Assembly: GCA_951804945.1 (NCBI GenBank)
Contig: OX638151.1
Span: 34,534,001-34,598,000 of the forward strand
DNA: 64,000 bases
Direction of reading: 5' to 3'
From: Podarcis cretensis
Taxonomy: Eukaryota
Of this stretch, positions 47,920 through 61,781 are shown piece by piece (within the stretch, counting starts at the first letter, position 1; every line of letters starts with the position of its first letter). Position numbers and translations under genes: made by a program. The notes beneath the pieces were generated by a model. The model was not told the DNA's origin. It did no database searches and saw only the letters and a program-made list of their open reading frames with translations.

Positions 47920-48577
47920 ATGAACGCCGCCGGTCTGCCGCGGTTCTTCTTTCTGGCCGTTCTGGCCGCCTTGGCCGCCCAAGCGGCGCCCCGGGAAGCG
48001 GGGAGCTCCCCTCCGGGCTCCCGCCCGCCGCAGCGGGATGCGCCGAGTTTCTCCCGGCAGCAGAGGAAAAGCCTGGCCATGGATTTCATCGTGCCTTCTC
48101 TGTTCCGGACCTACCTGCGGGAGCTGGTGCTGGGCGGCGGGGAACCCTTGGGCGGGTTCAAGGCGCGCTGCAGCCTGGTGCTCGCCTGCCAGCCGCTGCT
48201 GCGCGCGGTCAGCTCTTGGCCCCCCAGGAGCGGGTCGGCGGCGCCTGCTGGCCGCGCCAGAGCCCCGTCCAAGGTGCTGAAAGGCGGCTCGGTGAGGAAG
48301 CTGCGCCGCGCCAAGCAGCTGGTGCTGGAAGTGGGAGAAGCCAACCTGCGGGAGGACTGCGCGTGGCATCCTGCCGGGGAAGGAGCCCAGGCAGAGGCAC
48401 GCCAGATCGAGTTCACCCTGACCGAGGAATTCAGCTGGTGGATCCGCTCTGGAGAAGGCAGGCTGAGGATCCGGCTGATGCCCGAGAGGAAGGCGTCCTT
48501 CCAGGGCAGAGAAGGCAGTTTATCAGCGGCGATCAGAGCCTCCCAGCCCCGTCTGTTCTTGCAGATGGCCACCAGAG
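47920..48577 (+). CDS. ALK: ALK receptor tyrosine kinase, coding exon 1 (signal peptide + N-terminal region); gene continues beyond the window
   Basis: Translation MNAAGLPRFFFLAVLAALAAQA (signal peptide)...SRQQRKSLAMDFIVPSLFRTY...[23 protein letters not shown]...[43 protein letters not shown] matches recalled human ALK blocks ([78 protein letters not shown]). Similarity ends at AG|GTGAGC (48577/48578). The exon is 658 nt (219 codons + 1), phase 1, as recalled for human exon 1. Confidence 0.96.
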
Positions 48578-51500
48578 GTGAGCAGCTGCTTAGCGACTTC
48601 TGCATCCGGACAAGATGCAGGGCTTCTCCCTTACTAGCGGGATGGGGGTCAAATCTGTCCCTGGAGAAAGTTTGGGAACTCTACGAGGAATGAAATAGTG
48701 GGGGGGGGCGCAGAGGTGTCTTTGACTTCCCAGAGTCCACCCCTTCGGGCTAGGATGATTTGGATTAGGAAACCTAATCTCAGAAACCTCTAGGAGGTAT
48801 TTTGCTGCTGCCTCTAAAGTCGACTCTACTTCTTGTAGAGAAGTTATGTAGCTTATCACAAAAATCCACTGGAAAGAGTTTGTAATCTTCTCTGAAATTT
48901 CTGCACAGATCTTAAAATAACCAGTCACTACTGCAGGAAAGGGTGTGTATCTCTGAATGGAACTGAAAGAGTTGCATGGAAACTACATGCCTGTTGTGCT
49001 TGTCTAAATTCCTCTTCTCCCTTAATTGGTTGGCCTTGTGGTGTCCAGTGCAAAAATATTGTACTGCAGGCTTATGGGCATAAGGCTCTGCAGTACTCTA
49101 TTTGCGAACCTTGATTCTCACTTAGTGGCATAAAGGGTTGTTATCAAAGGCAAAGTTCTTCCTTCCCTTGATCAGGAAGTTGCCCTCTCCCTCTTGTAGA
49201 AAATAATAAATGAGTAATCATTATCACTATGGTCTAAAAAGCATCTAGTTTGGTTCCAAAGCACTTCGGTTAGTCTACTAAGAAGCAATTGGGCTGTGGA
49301 CTGCTCTGGTTCTAGATGTTTATATTATCTTGGGAGATGCAAGTGGTTCCTTGAATTTCTGTGTCATTGGCTAACAAATCACTGTTGTGCCCTGTTACCC
49401 AGAAGAAAGTTCCACTGATTTCAGTGGGAATTATTTCCCGTTAAATGTACCCAGTAAAAGTAAACCACATCTTACAGGATTATTCAAGACAGAGAGTAGA
49501 GAGGGTCTTGAATCTCTTGGCCCTGGAAAAAGAGAGATACAAAACGAAGTTTTGATTGGATCAAGCATGTTTGTGAAAAATTGTGTGCGGTTTGAGTTTC
49601 AAGGAACTGTAGCCTAGAAAAAAAGACTTTATGAAGTGGTTGGTTGATAAGCAGGATGTATTTCTTTAGCTGTGGTTCACAAGTCTCTCTGGTCTCTCTA
49701 GTCTCATGTAAGTCTATAACTGCTAAAGCTGTCAACTGATTAATGACCAGTGACCAGTCTTCATTTCAATTTATCTCTTCTTCCATTAATTACTGGATTA
49801 AAATCAATATCTCTGCATTCCAGTATGTGTGTCTTAAACACATTCCTTCAATCAATAGATTCCTACTGACTGTTATAAGCATGCCTTAAAAAGTTTTCTG
49901 TAAGATACAATGTAATTCAAAGTCCTTAATGTATGGCACATTAATTCAGTGAAACAGATGAAAATTTGTCCCCATAGCTTGCTTGTAAGGTTACAGAAAT
50001 TACATTATGGATTACCATGGGGATATAAAGTAGGATAACAGCTAACTCCTCAATTTTGTTGAACTACTGATTTAAGTTTATGCAGCCAATGAATTGAAGT
50101 AGACTAAACTGCTGTAAAGCAGAAGTATTTAGGTTTAATTAAATTGTATACCAGACTGCCAGTTTTCAGTTTACTGATTCCAGAGTAGTTCTGAGCTCCC
50201 TTGGGCTACTTTAGAGTAAATGGAGTGAAGACTGTACTGTGTGTTATGCACAAGCAGAGTATACTGAAAAGTCCCAGAATTTATTTCTTAAGGAAAAATG
50301 CCTAGACAGTGCATAAAGTCAATGCACAGGGACAAGAGACACATTCTTGGAAGAGAAGCATACACATGGGGAAACCTCTTAGTATCATTCTTCTTTTAAG
50401 GACATTTTTGTATCCAAAGGGAATGCTTTTATATTCTAAGACAGTAGTGGCCAGTTGACAGCCTGCAGGCTGCATTCAGCCTATACTTTGATTCTCCCAC
50501 TACTCCCACTACTAGGATAAAATCAGTATGAAAGTCCATCACATGTCCTTCTGTTTTGGAATGAGATTGGCACTTGCTGAGATCTTCTGTTCAGGGAAGC
50601 ATAGGCAAGATATCCTGGTGGCTGCAATGCCATCATTTCCCAAATTTCTCTAGGCCATGAATAGCTTGATCAGGCAGGGCCTGTCTCTTCTGACTGAAGA
50701 AACTGCCTGTCCCTCCTCTGAGAGATTGACTGATGACCATATATATTGATTCAGTCTCATTAACTCCTGTAAGGTTAGACCAGTGCAAGAGATCACTGAA
50801 TTGCATGCCCCCTTGTTCCAGTTGTTCCCTGTTGAATTTCCTGATTAAAAAAACCAACAGATCCCTTCTTCTCCCCATATGTTGAGTGCTGTTACTATCT
50901 AGACTGCAGCTCTTTCTTTTCCCTGTCATTTAAGTAAAATTATGGTATAAATTAACCTCATATCCCTTATAATGTGCCATAAGGACATAAGCTAGCATTT
51001 TATAATGCAGAACCCTAATCAGTGGAGTGTTAGTAACCCCATAGTTAATGGCCTGCAGAGCAGTCTTAAATACATCTTTCAAGAGAGTTGTATATTCCGA
51101 TTGGTTCGGAAATGAAAGCTGAAGCATCCACCTTCTGTCTTATATAGGAATAAATGGTCCAGAAAGTTTAAAATTGCTGATAGGACTTCAGTGGGCACAA
51201 TCAAGATTGAAAGCATTCTAACCGAAATAAAAATTGGACAAGCAGGGCTTATACTCAGTTTTTTGAGCTATGGTGATGGACCTCCTGTAGACACTTTAAA
51301 AAAACTTGTTGCTGAAGCTCTGCCCTCAATTCCAGAACAATCAAAGATGTGATTTTCAGAGAAACAGATCCCACAGATCCTTCTGGTTACTATTTGGGAC
51401 GCGTGTGGGTAATATTCTTTCCATACGCTACCTACCATGCTTCTGAGTGATTCTGTTGCTGGGATTGACAGTAGTTCAGACCTGCTGTTAGTTATATCTT

Positions 51501-52376
51501 CAGATATATTATATTTGCTCCATGATTAAGTATGGCCATGCATTTAGTTTGAAGGCATATTTAATCAATGCTATGTTAATGACACAATCTACAAGCAGCA
51601 GCTCATCTACACACAAGAGCTACCAATGTTGTTTGCAGGAGCCAAGTTGTTGCAGAAAGGGCATAGCTGAGATCTTCCTTGCAAAACATGTAAGCAGTTG
51701 TTCATCTTAATAGGAAACATGTTGCAAACAATGCAATCCAAAAGTCAACAATGCAAAGCCTTTACACTCTCATTGGTAAACAGTAGCCTTTTCCTTATTG
51801 CGTGTTTAGTGAGTAGTTCACAATTGCCAGAAGATGAGATTAATAATTAACCTGACTTTATTTATTTATTTAGGCTGGCAAAGTTGTTCTTTGTGTAGAT
51901 TGAGATTAAAATATTGATGGTCTGGGAAGCAAACTGTAGCTGAACTCTGCCTCTCAAATGAGCAAGAAGTTCCAGTAAATGTTCTTGTTGCCTCAACTGT
52001 CACTCCAACCTCTGCTCAGAACCCACTGAAGATTATTTTAAAAAATTGCTTAGCTAAAGTCTGTATCCTTTCCCTATTTAACAAATCACTCTGGAAGAGA
52101 TTTCTATGAAGGATAATCCTCAGTGTGTGTGGGAAGTATTATTAAGAAGACAGTGAAAGATTGCAAGAAAAGCCATCTTAAAGGATGGCTGCAAAAGCTC
52201 TATGGAACACCCCGCAGAATGTGTCAACAAAAGTCCTTAGATGAAATGCTCAGTTCTCAACAGTTAAGCATAACATCCCTTGTGTTTTGGGGGTTCTGTG
52301 CTGGGGTTTGCAACCTTTGCCATGGTGACTTTTTCTAAGGGTGTTTGCAGCTTTCAGTAATGTTCTCAGTTTACAG

Positions 52377-52603
52377 GATGGGTAGGCAAACTATGGCCCA
52401 GGGGCCAGATCTGGCCCAATCGCCTTCTAAATCCAGCCTGTGGATCAGCGTCTTTTTACATGAGTAGAATGTGTCCTTTTATTTAAAATGCATCTCTGGG
52501 TTATTTGTGGGGCATAGGAATTCGTTCATTTTTATTTCCCCCCCAAAATATAGTCTGAGGGACAGTGGACCGCCCCCCTGCTGAAAAAGTTTGCTGACTC
52601 TTG
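52377..52603 (-). mobile_element. hAT (Charlie-like) element, sibling of 7110-7430
   Basis: Reverse-complement similarity, including TTTTTACATGAGTAGAATGTGTCCTTTTATTTAAAATGCATCTCTGGGTTATTTGTG. Confidence 0.85.
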
Positions 52604-54458
52604 CTTTCCAGGGCCAGTTTACAGCCAGGAGGTCCTTAAGATTTAGCAATGGCCAACTCTGAAGATGCAGAAAACGTTATAACCTTAGATAATTCTAGTA
52701 ACGAAGTCCTGGTTCTTACATTTGCCAGGGACAGTTCTGCTCTTGCAAGGTGGAAGAGGGGGCTAGCTCTAATTCCTCCACCATGCAAATGGCATCACGT
52801 GTGAGTCACGTGCTCCACACAAACATCTATTCGTATGGATGTCAAGTTCACACAGTCTCCTTCCTCACTCATGAACACACACTGTTCGGGAGAAAGGACA
52901 ACCTGGACTAGGCCTGTCTGTGTGATAGGGCATTTTTGTGAATGGAGTGCCCTGCTCACATTAGATGTTATCTGTGTGGTGGAGGGGAGTGGGTGAGCAT
53001 GCTCCTCCACCTTGGAAGGACAGCTCTAGCCCAGCACCAGTGAATGTATGCTCTATATCAGGCAATGATCTATAAACCACTGGTCCATGTATTTCATCTA
53101 TACTGTAGACAAATCTGCTTGTTATAGTGTTATAGTGCCAGAAATGTTTTCATTTGCTCCTTGAAGCAAGTTTGTTAGGATGTTTCAGTAATCTGTAGAT
53201 AGTAAGGAGGATTTAACTTTTATTGATGATGAATTGTTACCAATATATTCAAAGGTGTATGTGTATAGGGGTGCATATTAAAGCACAGACAGTGCAAGCC
53301 AGTCTAGAGACAATTCAGAAGGTCATGCCACTTTGATGTATGAGACAGATTGAGATGTTGAACAGTGTTCCTAATAGGAATGCATAGTATGTCCATTTGA
53401 GACTTCAGGGTGCATTTCTTCCTAATCTATAGCAAACATGTAGACTAATACTAATTTAATATGGGGTTATGTCTGAAGCTGTTCTGGCGCCATGGGAGTG
53501 TAATTGCATTTTTGTTAGAGTTACTGCTACGCTCACACTTCAAAAGCACCTGGAATGTTGTGCTGGAGGATTCCCTCAGTCTAGCTTTAGGTTCCTATTT
53601 AGACTTTCTACATACCACGAGTAGCAAAGTTCCTCAGGTTTTAAGTAGTCAGAACTGGCCACTAGCATGGAAATAAGAAAATATGGTGGAGACAGATACC
53701 AACCTGAACAAAGTAAACAATGGGAAATGGTTGGAGACCAGTATATAGATGGAATTGATTGATGTTTACAACTAGATTTCGGACCAGGATGCCAACTAGT
53801 GCAGAGTGATTTATGACTTAGAACCTATTGCATTTTGGTGGGTTTTGGTCTGAAACAACTTGCAATGTAAGGTTTAACATAACCTGGAGATGTCCAGAGA
53901 GATCTGGAAGCAGGTCTTTGGCACATCAAGTAGTTCATGATGTCATCAGACTTTTCACATCCTGGAAGCTATAAAACATATGCTGATAGATCTTGAATGG
54001 CCTGGGAATGTCTGTAGGCGCATACTTTCATCTCAGATCATGGTAGAGTGGATTGGAGAATGCAAGCAGACATGGGTATTAGCAGATGGTTTTCATTCTA
54101 CTCCAAGCCCTGCTGAAACTTTCCAAATTGGAATGAAAGGGCATTGCTTATACTTCCATGAGCAGGATTCATCTGTCTTTTTGATACTGCCTATGCTAAA
54201 ATAGCCATATTAGAACAAAAAAACAAATGTGTATGTTAAAACACCCTTGCGCAACATAGAAAATAAATATATCAACCTTACGTTCAAGATCTGACACTTG
54301 GAGAAAATGTAATATTAATGAAAAGTATATGAAATTCAACTACTTCAAATGGGATGGCTGGAATTAGTTGCATGGATGTATAAGTACTTCCATCTTACAC
54401 CCATGGCAAGTTCTTGGGTATTTAGGTTGCTCAATTTAGTGCTAAACCAAAAGTAGTA

Positions 54459-54633
54459 CAGTCAATCCTGGAAGTACTGGAAATGGTTACTTCTGGGTTT
54501 CGCAGCTCACACATGCGCAGAAGCGCTAAATCGCACTGCACACCTGCACAGATATGGCGCTTCAGGTTGCGGGCTTTTCATGTTGTGAATGGGCCACTGG
54601 AACGGATCCCATTCGCAACCAGAGGTACTACTG
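54459..54633 (+). mobile_element. Tigger-like MITE family B, internally deleted
   Basis: Shares GGAACGGATCCCATTCGCA.CCAGAGGTAC.ACTG|TA with 9094-9353. Confidence 0.75.
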
Positions 54634-55665
54634 TACTTACAAAGAAAAAGCATGAAATTTTGCATGGTGTTGTGAAATGACCTTCCTCTGCTGCCCAGCA
54701 ATCTTCCATTTGGTCTTTGCTGCCAGTGCTGACTGTTATTTGGGCTAGTGGGGTAAAGCAGAGGGACAGGCACAGTAATTGACTTCTAGAAATAGAATAT
54801 GTTGACAGTTCTCCTGACACCAAGAAAATTCTCTGCCTGAATGTTCTCCTAGGTAGCTTGAGGTAGGTCACTGTGGCTCACTATGCAGTAACTCTCAGAA
54901 TGCTTTGTTCCCGAATCATCCTTTGATGCCCTGTCTTCCACACTGCCTTCAGGTGCTACCCCCTCCATGGTCTTTAATTCTGAAAAAAGAGGGTGGTTTT
55001 GCATGCCCCCCTGCTCCCTCTCCATAGATCTCTGTTCTTGGCACCACCCTGGTAATCAATTTTAGAAGGATGGGCTCCTCCTTATGTCCATGTTTTTGTG
55101 TTGTACCTGTGTAGGAGCCCTCCTATGTCTAGGCCTTGCTGATTTTGAATAGCTGCTGGCAGACTCCACAATAGCCCTACCCATTAGGGTTTAGCCTTAG
55201 GATTTGTTAACATTATATTCCTTCACATAATATTCAGTGCGAAGTATAGCACAGTTAAAATTCAGTATGGACAAGCTGCCAAAAAGTTAACACTGTGGCA
55301 GGTGGTAGTATTTCTTCCATACCATGTAGAATCTAGGAATCCTTGGAGAGAAAGTCTTCTGACAATGGCAGTCCCAAGGATGAGATGGATCAACTCTCTT
55401 TTCTATGCCACGTGGAGTCATGGACACTGGAGTCTGCATCTCTTCCTCTGAATCAGATCCTGATGTTTGGACCACAGACTCCTTGGAAGATCAAGAGAGC
55501 TCTGAGATCCCCACAAACTGAAATATGAGGGTCTAGAAGACATCAGCTTCTGCGGTAAAGGGCCCTTTAACTGACCATATGTAGCACTCAGGGAATGGAG
55601 CCTCTACCTAGCCCAGGCTATAAGATTTGCCCTTTGCTTCAGGGCATTGCTTAAACAACTTAGAT

Positions 55666-55801
55666 CAAGCATAGGCAAACTCGACCCTCCAGATGTTTTG
55701 GGACTACAACTCCCATCATCCCTCACCACTGGTTCTGTTAGCTAGGGATGATGGGAGTTGTAGTCCCAAAACACCTGGAGGGCTGAGTTTGCCTATGCCT
55801 G
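55666..55801. mobile_element. 136-bp palindromic hAT MITE
   Basis: Almost fully self-complementary; perfect 8-bp TSD ACTTAGAT (55658-55665, 55802-55809). Confidence 0.92.
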
Positions 55802-58800
55802 ACTTAGATGTTCTGCAGGTTCACTAACAGTGGTCTTCAAACCCACACACTGGTCCCTCTCCAAGGTGCTGAACTTTCCTTGCCTTGCCTTCCTGTTTGC
55901 TTTGAATCTTGGGGCTATAGACCTCCACCTTGCTTGGACCATCATCTGTCCTTGTGGGTGGGACCCCCATGGATCAGGAAACATACACAATCTTGGAAGC
56001 CACCAGACACTCTTAGTTTGTGGTTAGGTATCTTTATGTCCTATATGCTATGGATAGGACATGGATCACGTGCTATGGATAGGCCATTTTTATGACACCC
56101 TGGTAGAGGGTGGGAGCAAATGACTCTGTTAGGAAGTAAATTCAGCCAACTTCCAGTACAATTCGGGGCTGATAGCAATTGCACTAGAGTAATGCTGCAA
56201 CAGGTGGTGTGTATACAAATCTTTAGATACTAATGCTATAGCTACGTATTTTACCCACATATATTGGTCTTATACCAATTTAACTAGCATGGCCTCCCAC
56301 AAAAAAGCCAGTGAACTATAGTTTGATTAAGGTGCTCAGAATTCTCTGCTAGAGCTCCCCAGCATTCCCTGCCCTGGAGAACAGAAACAACTATCAAATC
56401 AGTTTATATCTAGTGCAAAGTTATTATTAAATGTTAACTCCTTCCTCAGCTGCAATTCCACTGAAAATGTTCCTGTGCTGGAATTATGCTTGAAGGTAGT
56501 CTTCTATAGGTGTGAATTAGGTTTTCAAACCTAAATGATGGGGTAGGATGGGGGGCTAAGAAGTAGAAGCTGCAGTTCAGGTGGTGAGGCTCCATGGCCC
56601 TCCGTGGTCTCAACAGGCTGGCTATTTCCCACCCCTGGCTTGGATCATATGATAATAATCATGATGGATAATTAATTTATTGCTATTCCTTTTGTTTGAT
56701 TTTGTAATCCTGACAACAGAAATTGTGCTAAGAGTGAAATATTTAAACTGTGAGTGAGATCCTGAAAGCTACGGGCAATAACTACCTCATTCTGCTGTCT
56801 CACTATGGCTCTTACAAATCAACTCTGTGCAATTATTTTGCTTGTGTTTAATTCTGTTGTATTTGCCTCATTTGAATGGGGTATAGCTTCAGATGCAATG
56901 CAACCTCAGCTGGTAATCTTCCTGTAGTTCAAAAGGAATATTTCCCCCATTGATTCTCATTGATGTCAGTCTAATGTGTAGGCATGCTTAATGTTTAAAG
57001 TGTGAAAATTCTCAGTTGGCCCAGTTATTAATCACCTGCATATGAATATGCAAATGACTTTTGCAACTATTGCCTTCAAACCTGCTCAGTTCCCACTAAC
57101 TTCCATAGGATGTTAGTGTATACAATTGCAGTGTATGTCTGTATTTCTACCATTAGTTGGTTCATGTTCTACATAGCACATTTTTGTGAGTAATTAACAT
57201 TCTCAATTTACAGATGAGTTCAACTTGGATTTGAACCCAAGTTTAAATTATAGAAACAACAACTACCCAGTGGACCACACTGGTTTTCAACGGTGTCCAC
57301 AGAAGTAAGGTTCAGAGAACAATTTAACTGCACTATGAACTATTCATGAAGAGCAGTTTCTGCATAACCTGAGCTTGGTGGAATTTCTAAGCAGAACTGT
57401 ATAGACCTCTATTTCTGACTTATCTTGGTGTCTATCATAAGTATTTGTATGTCCGTCTCCCTCTAAACTGCTGGAATAGTTAAACGTAACATTTAAGTCA
57501 TAGGTGTACCAAAATGTTGGTACAGGCTGTTTTCCTGTATAGTAAAGAGATGCAGTTATTTACATTTACAGTTGGGGAAATGTGGCAGAGAAAGGCTTCG
57601 TTTTCATGGATGCAAAGTGTCTTCAGAAGAGAAGGAAGCTCCCAAGGCAGCACTATGACCATTGGATTATTTCCCCCATTGTCATTACCTATAATATGCA
57701 CTGCTGCTGGCATGTTGTTTATTATGCTTCCGTTTGCTTAACTAGCATCAATTCCAAAGATAGAGCTGGCCTGAGCAGGTTCTTATCCATGATCCCTCCA
57801 AGACTTTTCAAAAAGTTGGAATTCCATTTCATATAAATAGACTTGGCTCTGGAGAAGTTTCCAGTTAATACATGCTTCCGTCTTGTTTAGTTAGGAGAAC
57901 AAGTAGATTCAGCAGCCAGGATGCCTGAATTTTGTCTGATCTGTTCAATAAAATGTCCTTTTGAAATGTAGTGAGTTTTACCCCTCCTCCCCACTGCCGT
58001 CCCTTCCTGAGCAGTTTTCATGAAAAACAATTTATTTGACAAACCGTAGCCTTGTTCCCTGTTTGCACACTGCCTATCTGTAGCTTATGGATGTCTCTGG
58101 CTTGTCAGAGTTATTTGCCACCTAATTTCAGCAAACGTTTTTCGGTCTGCAACTTGCTTATGCGAAGGTCACTACGTATATTTGATATTCAAAGTTCAAG
58201 CTCCTGTTTGAAGGCCAGTGATATGGATTTGTCTCTGGCTCTGAGCATCACACTTGGAAACATAGACTTGTGCCAAGGAATCTGAAGTTTGCTTCCTGAA
58301 GTATAATTTTACATTTGCTTATCATTCGGCTGCCTTTTGTTAGAATTCCTAACAGTAACCCAACCTGCTAAAATATTGATAGGTAAAAATATATTGCACA
58401 ATGTACCAGCCAAGTCAGAACAGTGTTTAATATATAGGAAAATATACAAGATTTCTTTTCAAGTGATTACTTTAGCTGGGGCTATTTTGTACATCTGTTT
58501 CTGAAAATTTGCAGTCCCTCAAGGGACACTGCGTTATGTAAATATTTAGCAGAAATATAATTATAGCTAGAAATCAACAGGAGGCAACAACTCTGCATGC
58601 ATACCTACTGCTCAAAGCATCTGAATGCTGCATTCAAACCACTTTGTATGTTTGTTTACCTGAAAGGAAGGCACTCTAAAACTAGTCATTATGTTTGGAA
58701 AATGAGGTCTAAATTCCTTTCCCCAAGGTAGTTAGGCTACAACCCTATGCACTGTACACACGGATCTGAGTGTAAATCCCATTGACTCACTGTGGCTTAC

Positions 58801-61781
58801 TTCTGAGTACACATGTACACTGTTGATGGGTCAGTGGCAGAACTGGAATGCAATCTCTACCTCACAATACTGTTTCCCAAATTTCTCTTGAACTGATTGA
58901 ATTATTACTCTTCCCTTATACAAAGAATATTCAGAAATGTGTGCTACGGCATAGGCGGCCATGCATAGATGAAAAAGGTCCTTTCTGAAATGAGCTACAT
59001 TTGTCTTGCCCCTGTAATTCAGAAAAATTTGGTTGGAGAAAAATGTCATGGAAGCATAAATGCAGATTTGATAAGTTTGACCTTTCTTCTCTTCAGAACA
59101 ATAAATGTCAGAAAGCTTAAAATGACAAGGTGGAATAGCTGGAGGTTATTTATGTCTTTAAATATTTAGGCAAGAAATGCATTTTGAGAATAACAGGCCA
59201 ATCCACTACACTATAGGTGCACCTCCTCTAGTCTCAATCATACATACCCACAGCAGCAAAAGCCGAAAACCAACCATGAACAGTAGTATACAAGAAATAA
59301 TGTAGCACCGCCGACAGACATTCCCACAGTGGCAACTACAGCAGCACCAGTCAATAATGGCATTGTGTATTGACAATAGCACATCATATTCATGCACGGA
59401 GGACATCAATTAACATGCAGAAGCAGTAAGGAGGCTATGATGATATTATGGAGCCTGGTCCTCACCTCCTCCCACACACAATACAGAAGGATGCTGCCAA
59501 AATGTTGCCAAGAAGAGTCCACAGTGCCTCCCTTATCAGAGGCGCCAGTGACTAGCAGTGAGAAGGGCAGCGACTGAAGTGATGCATGAAGCCACCAACC
59601 TCAAGGCTTCCTCTCAGAAAAGAGTTTAATTTCCCTTGCAGTCCAGCCATTCCAGTCTCAACATCCAAGTCACCCCCATAGGTAAAAGGCCTGCACATGT
59701 ATTCCATATGGCAACAGTGAACACATTCCCTCTCTCTCACACAAAGAGAGAGGACACACACAGACACACACACACACATTGGGGAAGTGTTTAAGTCCCA
59801 CTGAGATGCCACACAAAAAATGGGACATATCATTGCACACAGTGTGTTTGGGTGGATGTCTGTGTGAGAGTAACACAGGTTTTGTAAGGAACAGCAGACA
59901 CATAGTTAAGCACCATGATGCACCCTACACCAATAAGTTTACAGTGGACCATGATGTAAACTGGATGGAAAGGTGACCAACTGGTAAAAGTTGAGATGGA
60001 AAAAGGGAGAAGAGGCAGGGCTAAACGGAAAGCAATGTCCTAACCTCACATCCACAAAGAAGGCTCATGATGGTCCATGGCAAGTCCATGACAATGGTGG
60101 CTGTGCTTCACTACTACATGGTGGGAGCTTTTCTAGGTTGAGGCAGGGGCATGGCCCAGAGTATGTAAGCAAAATGCATGCTACACCACTACAACCTGCT
60201 GAGTGAACAAGCCACTTCACAATATTCCTAACTGCATAGATTTACATTTATATCCTGCCTTTCTTCAGTAGAACGCAATGTAGCATATATAGAATCCCTA
60301 GACAATGCAGCTTATACAGGGTTCCATCCAGGCAATGACTATACCCACAGCATAGCTGTAGCAACATTGCTGTGTCAAATGCTTTTAGGCTATAGCCTTG
60401 AGCTATGTTCCATTGCTGAGCTTTATACCCCTGGTGATGCGCCCTGAGCTAAAACCACCTCATACCAAGGAGGCTCTATGTGATTAAATGGATGTTGAAC
60501 TACCCTGACAGTCACATCTTCCTACTCATGCCTTCTGATGTCTGCATGTTGAGCATGGATATCTGAAAAGGGCAAGCCAATCTATATACACAGGTTTCTC
60601 CTCTTCAGATGTTAGCATTCAATATGAGACATCAGGGCTAGGGCCACCAGCATAACCCTGGAGCCCATAAATTGTGTGAACCCCTCCCTGCTTCATGCAC
60701 ATAACATGAAATGGAGGCCTTAATCAAAAGATTATCTGATGTGGCGAGGGAGAGGTGGCAGAAGCCAGTAAACTGTGCCTGTACATTAACGGCAACAGGG
60801 CTACAGTATTTTGATGGTGGCTGTTCTGGAACTCTGTGATGGCTGCTATGCTGAAAACCATGGTTGTGAAGAGATTCACTGCAACAGCAGAAGCATGACT
60901 CTGGTATCCCACTTTACATTATATGTGATAAATTACTTTTACTTGCTTTCAACACAAGTTTTACAACAACCAGCACACTGCTTTCAAATAACACCTGCTA
61001 TAGGGCTCACAGACATACATGTATACACATACACATGCATGCGCGTGCACACACACACACAGTGTACACACAGCACACAAACACTGAACCACCTTCCTCT
61101 CACCCCAAGCCTTTTTTCAATCCAACATTGTTAATCAAAATTATCCTACTAGCAAGGGTGGACTTTGGTGCTTCGGCACCCTGGATTAGGCCAACATTTG
61201 CTCCTCCCCTAGTTCTTGCACCGTGGGCTCTTGCAGGGTCCTAGAGCCCTCATGCCTCCTTCCCACAGCAGGACAAGTGCTTACAAGGCATCATCTCTGC
61301 TTGGTGCCAAGTGCTGGGGAACTGGTTGTGCTGCCCTAAAACCGCCTCTCTTATTGGTCTGTGGGGTTCTTCATGTTCATTTAATCCTAGGCAAGTAGCA
61401 CTTCTGTTTCTCTTGATGTATGATTATCTGAATATTTTGGATGCACTTGGAGTCCTTTTAAAGATACGCTGAGCTATGTTGTATGCTCACCATTTTATTT
61501 CACCTGCACTGGCCAAAGTAAATAAACAAAACCAATAAAATACACACACACACGAGTCTTTTTGATGAGACTCAGCACAGTATGTTGAAAGCACACTGCT
61601 CCTAGGGTTGATAAAGATCCACTGTTAATTCAAAGGGAACGTCTGATTTATGTTAGGCAGCTGTCTGCTGATGATTTCAAAGTGGGTTAAGGAACTCTGG
61701 TTCAGCCCATTTTCTTAAAGCTATCTGATTAGCACTCCACTTCTTAGTTACTTCATTTGAAAGCTAGTACCTCATTTAAGA

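Larger units (their letters stand above)
46670..48610. promoter_or_regulatory. CpG island spanning ALK promoter, 5' leader and exon 1
   Basis: Abrupt rise in GC and CpG density (e.g. GGGCGCGCGCGCGCG, GGCGGCGGC) compared with CpG-depleted flanks; overlaps the first coding exon. Confidence 0.9.

Noticed and set aside
46923-48089. 388-aa minus-strand ORF and other long overlapping ORFs across the CpG island
   Set aside because: Low-complexity Arg/Pro/Gly/Ala translations with no recognisable domain; stop-codon scarcity in very GC-rich DNA, partly antisense to ALK.
48578-48693. C-terminal part of the 257-aa ORF-track protein treated as ALK coding
   Set aside because: ALK similarity stops exactly at a canonical donor, so this part is intronic.
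59200-60920. Stretch in intron 1 that might be a decayed transposase or hidden exon
   Set aside because: I could not recover any transposase, RT or ALK exon-2 motif in the ORF track; left unannotated pending a translated search.
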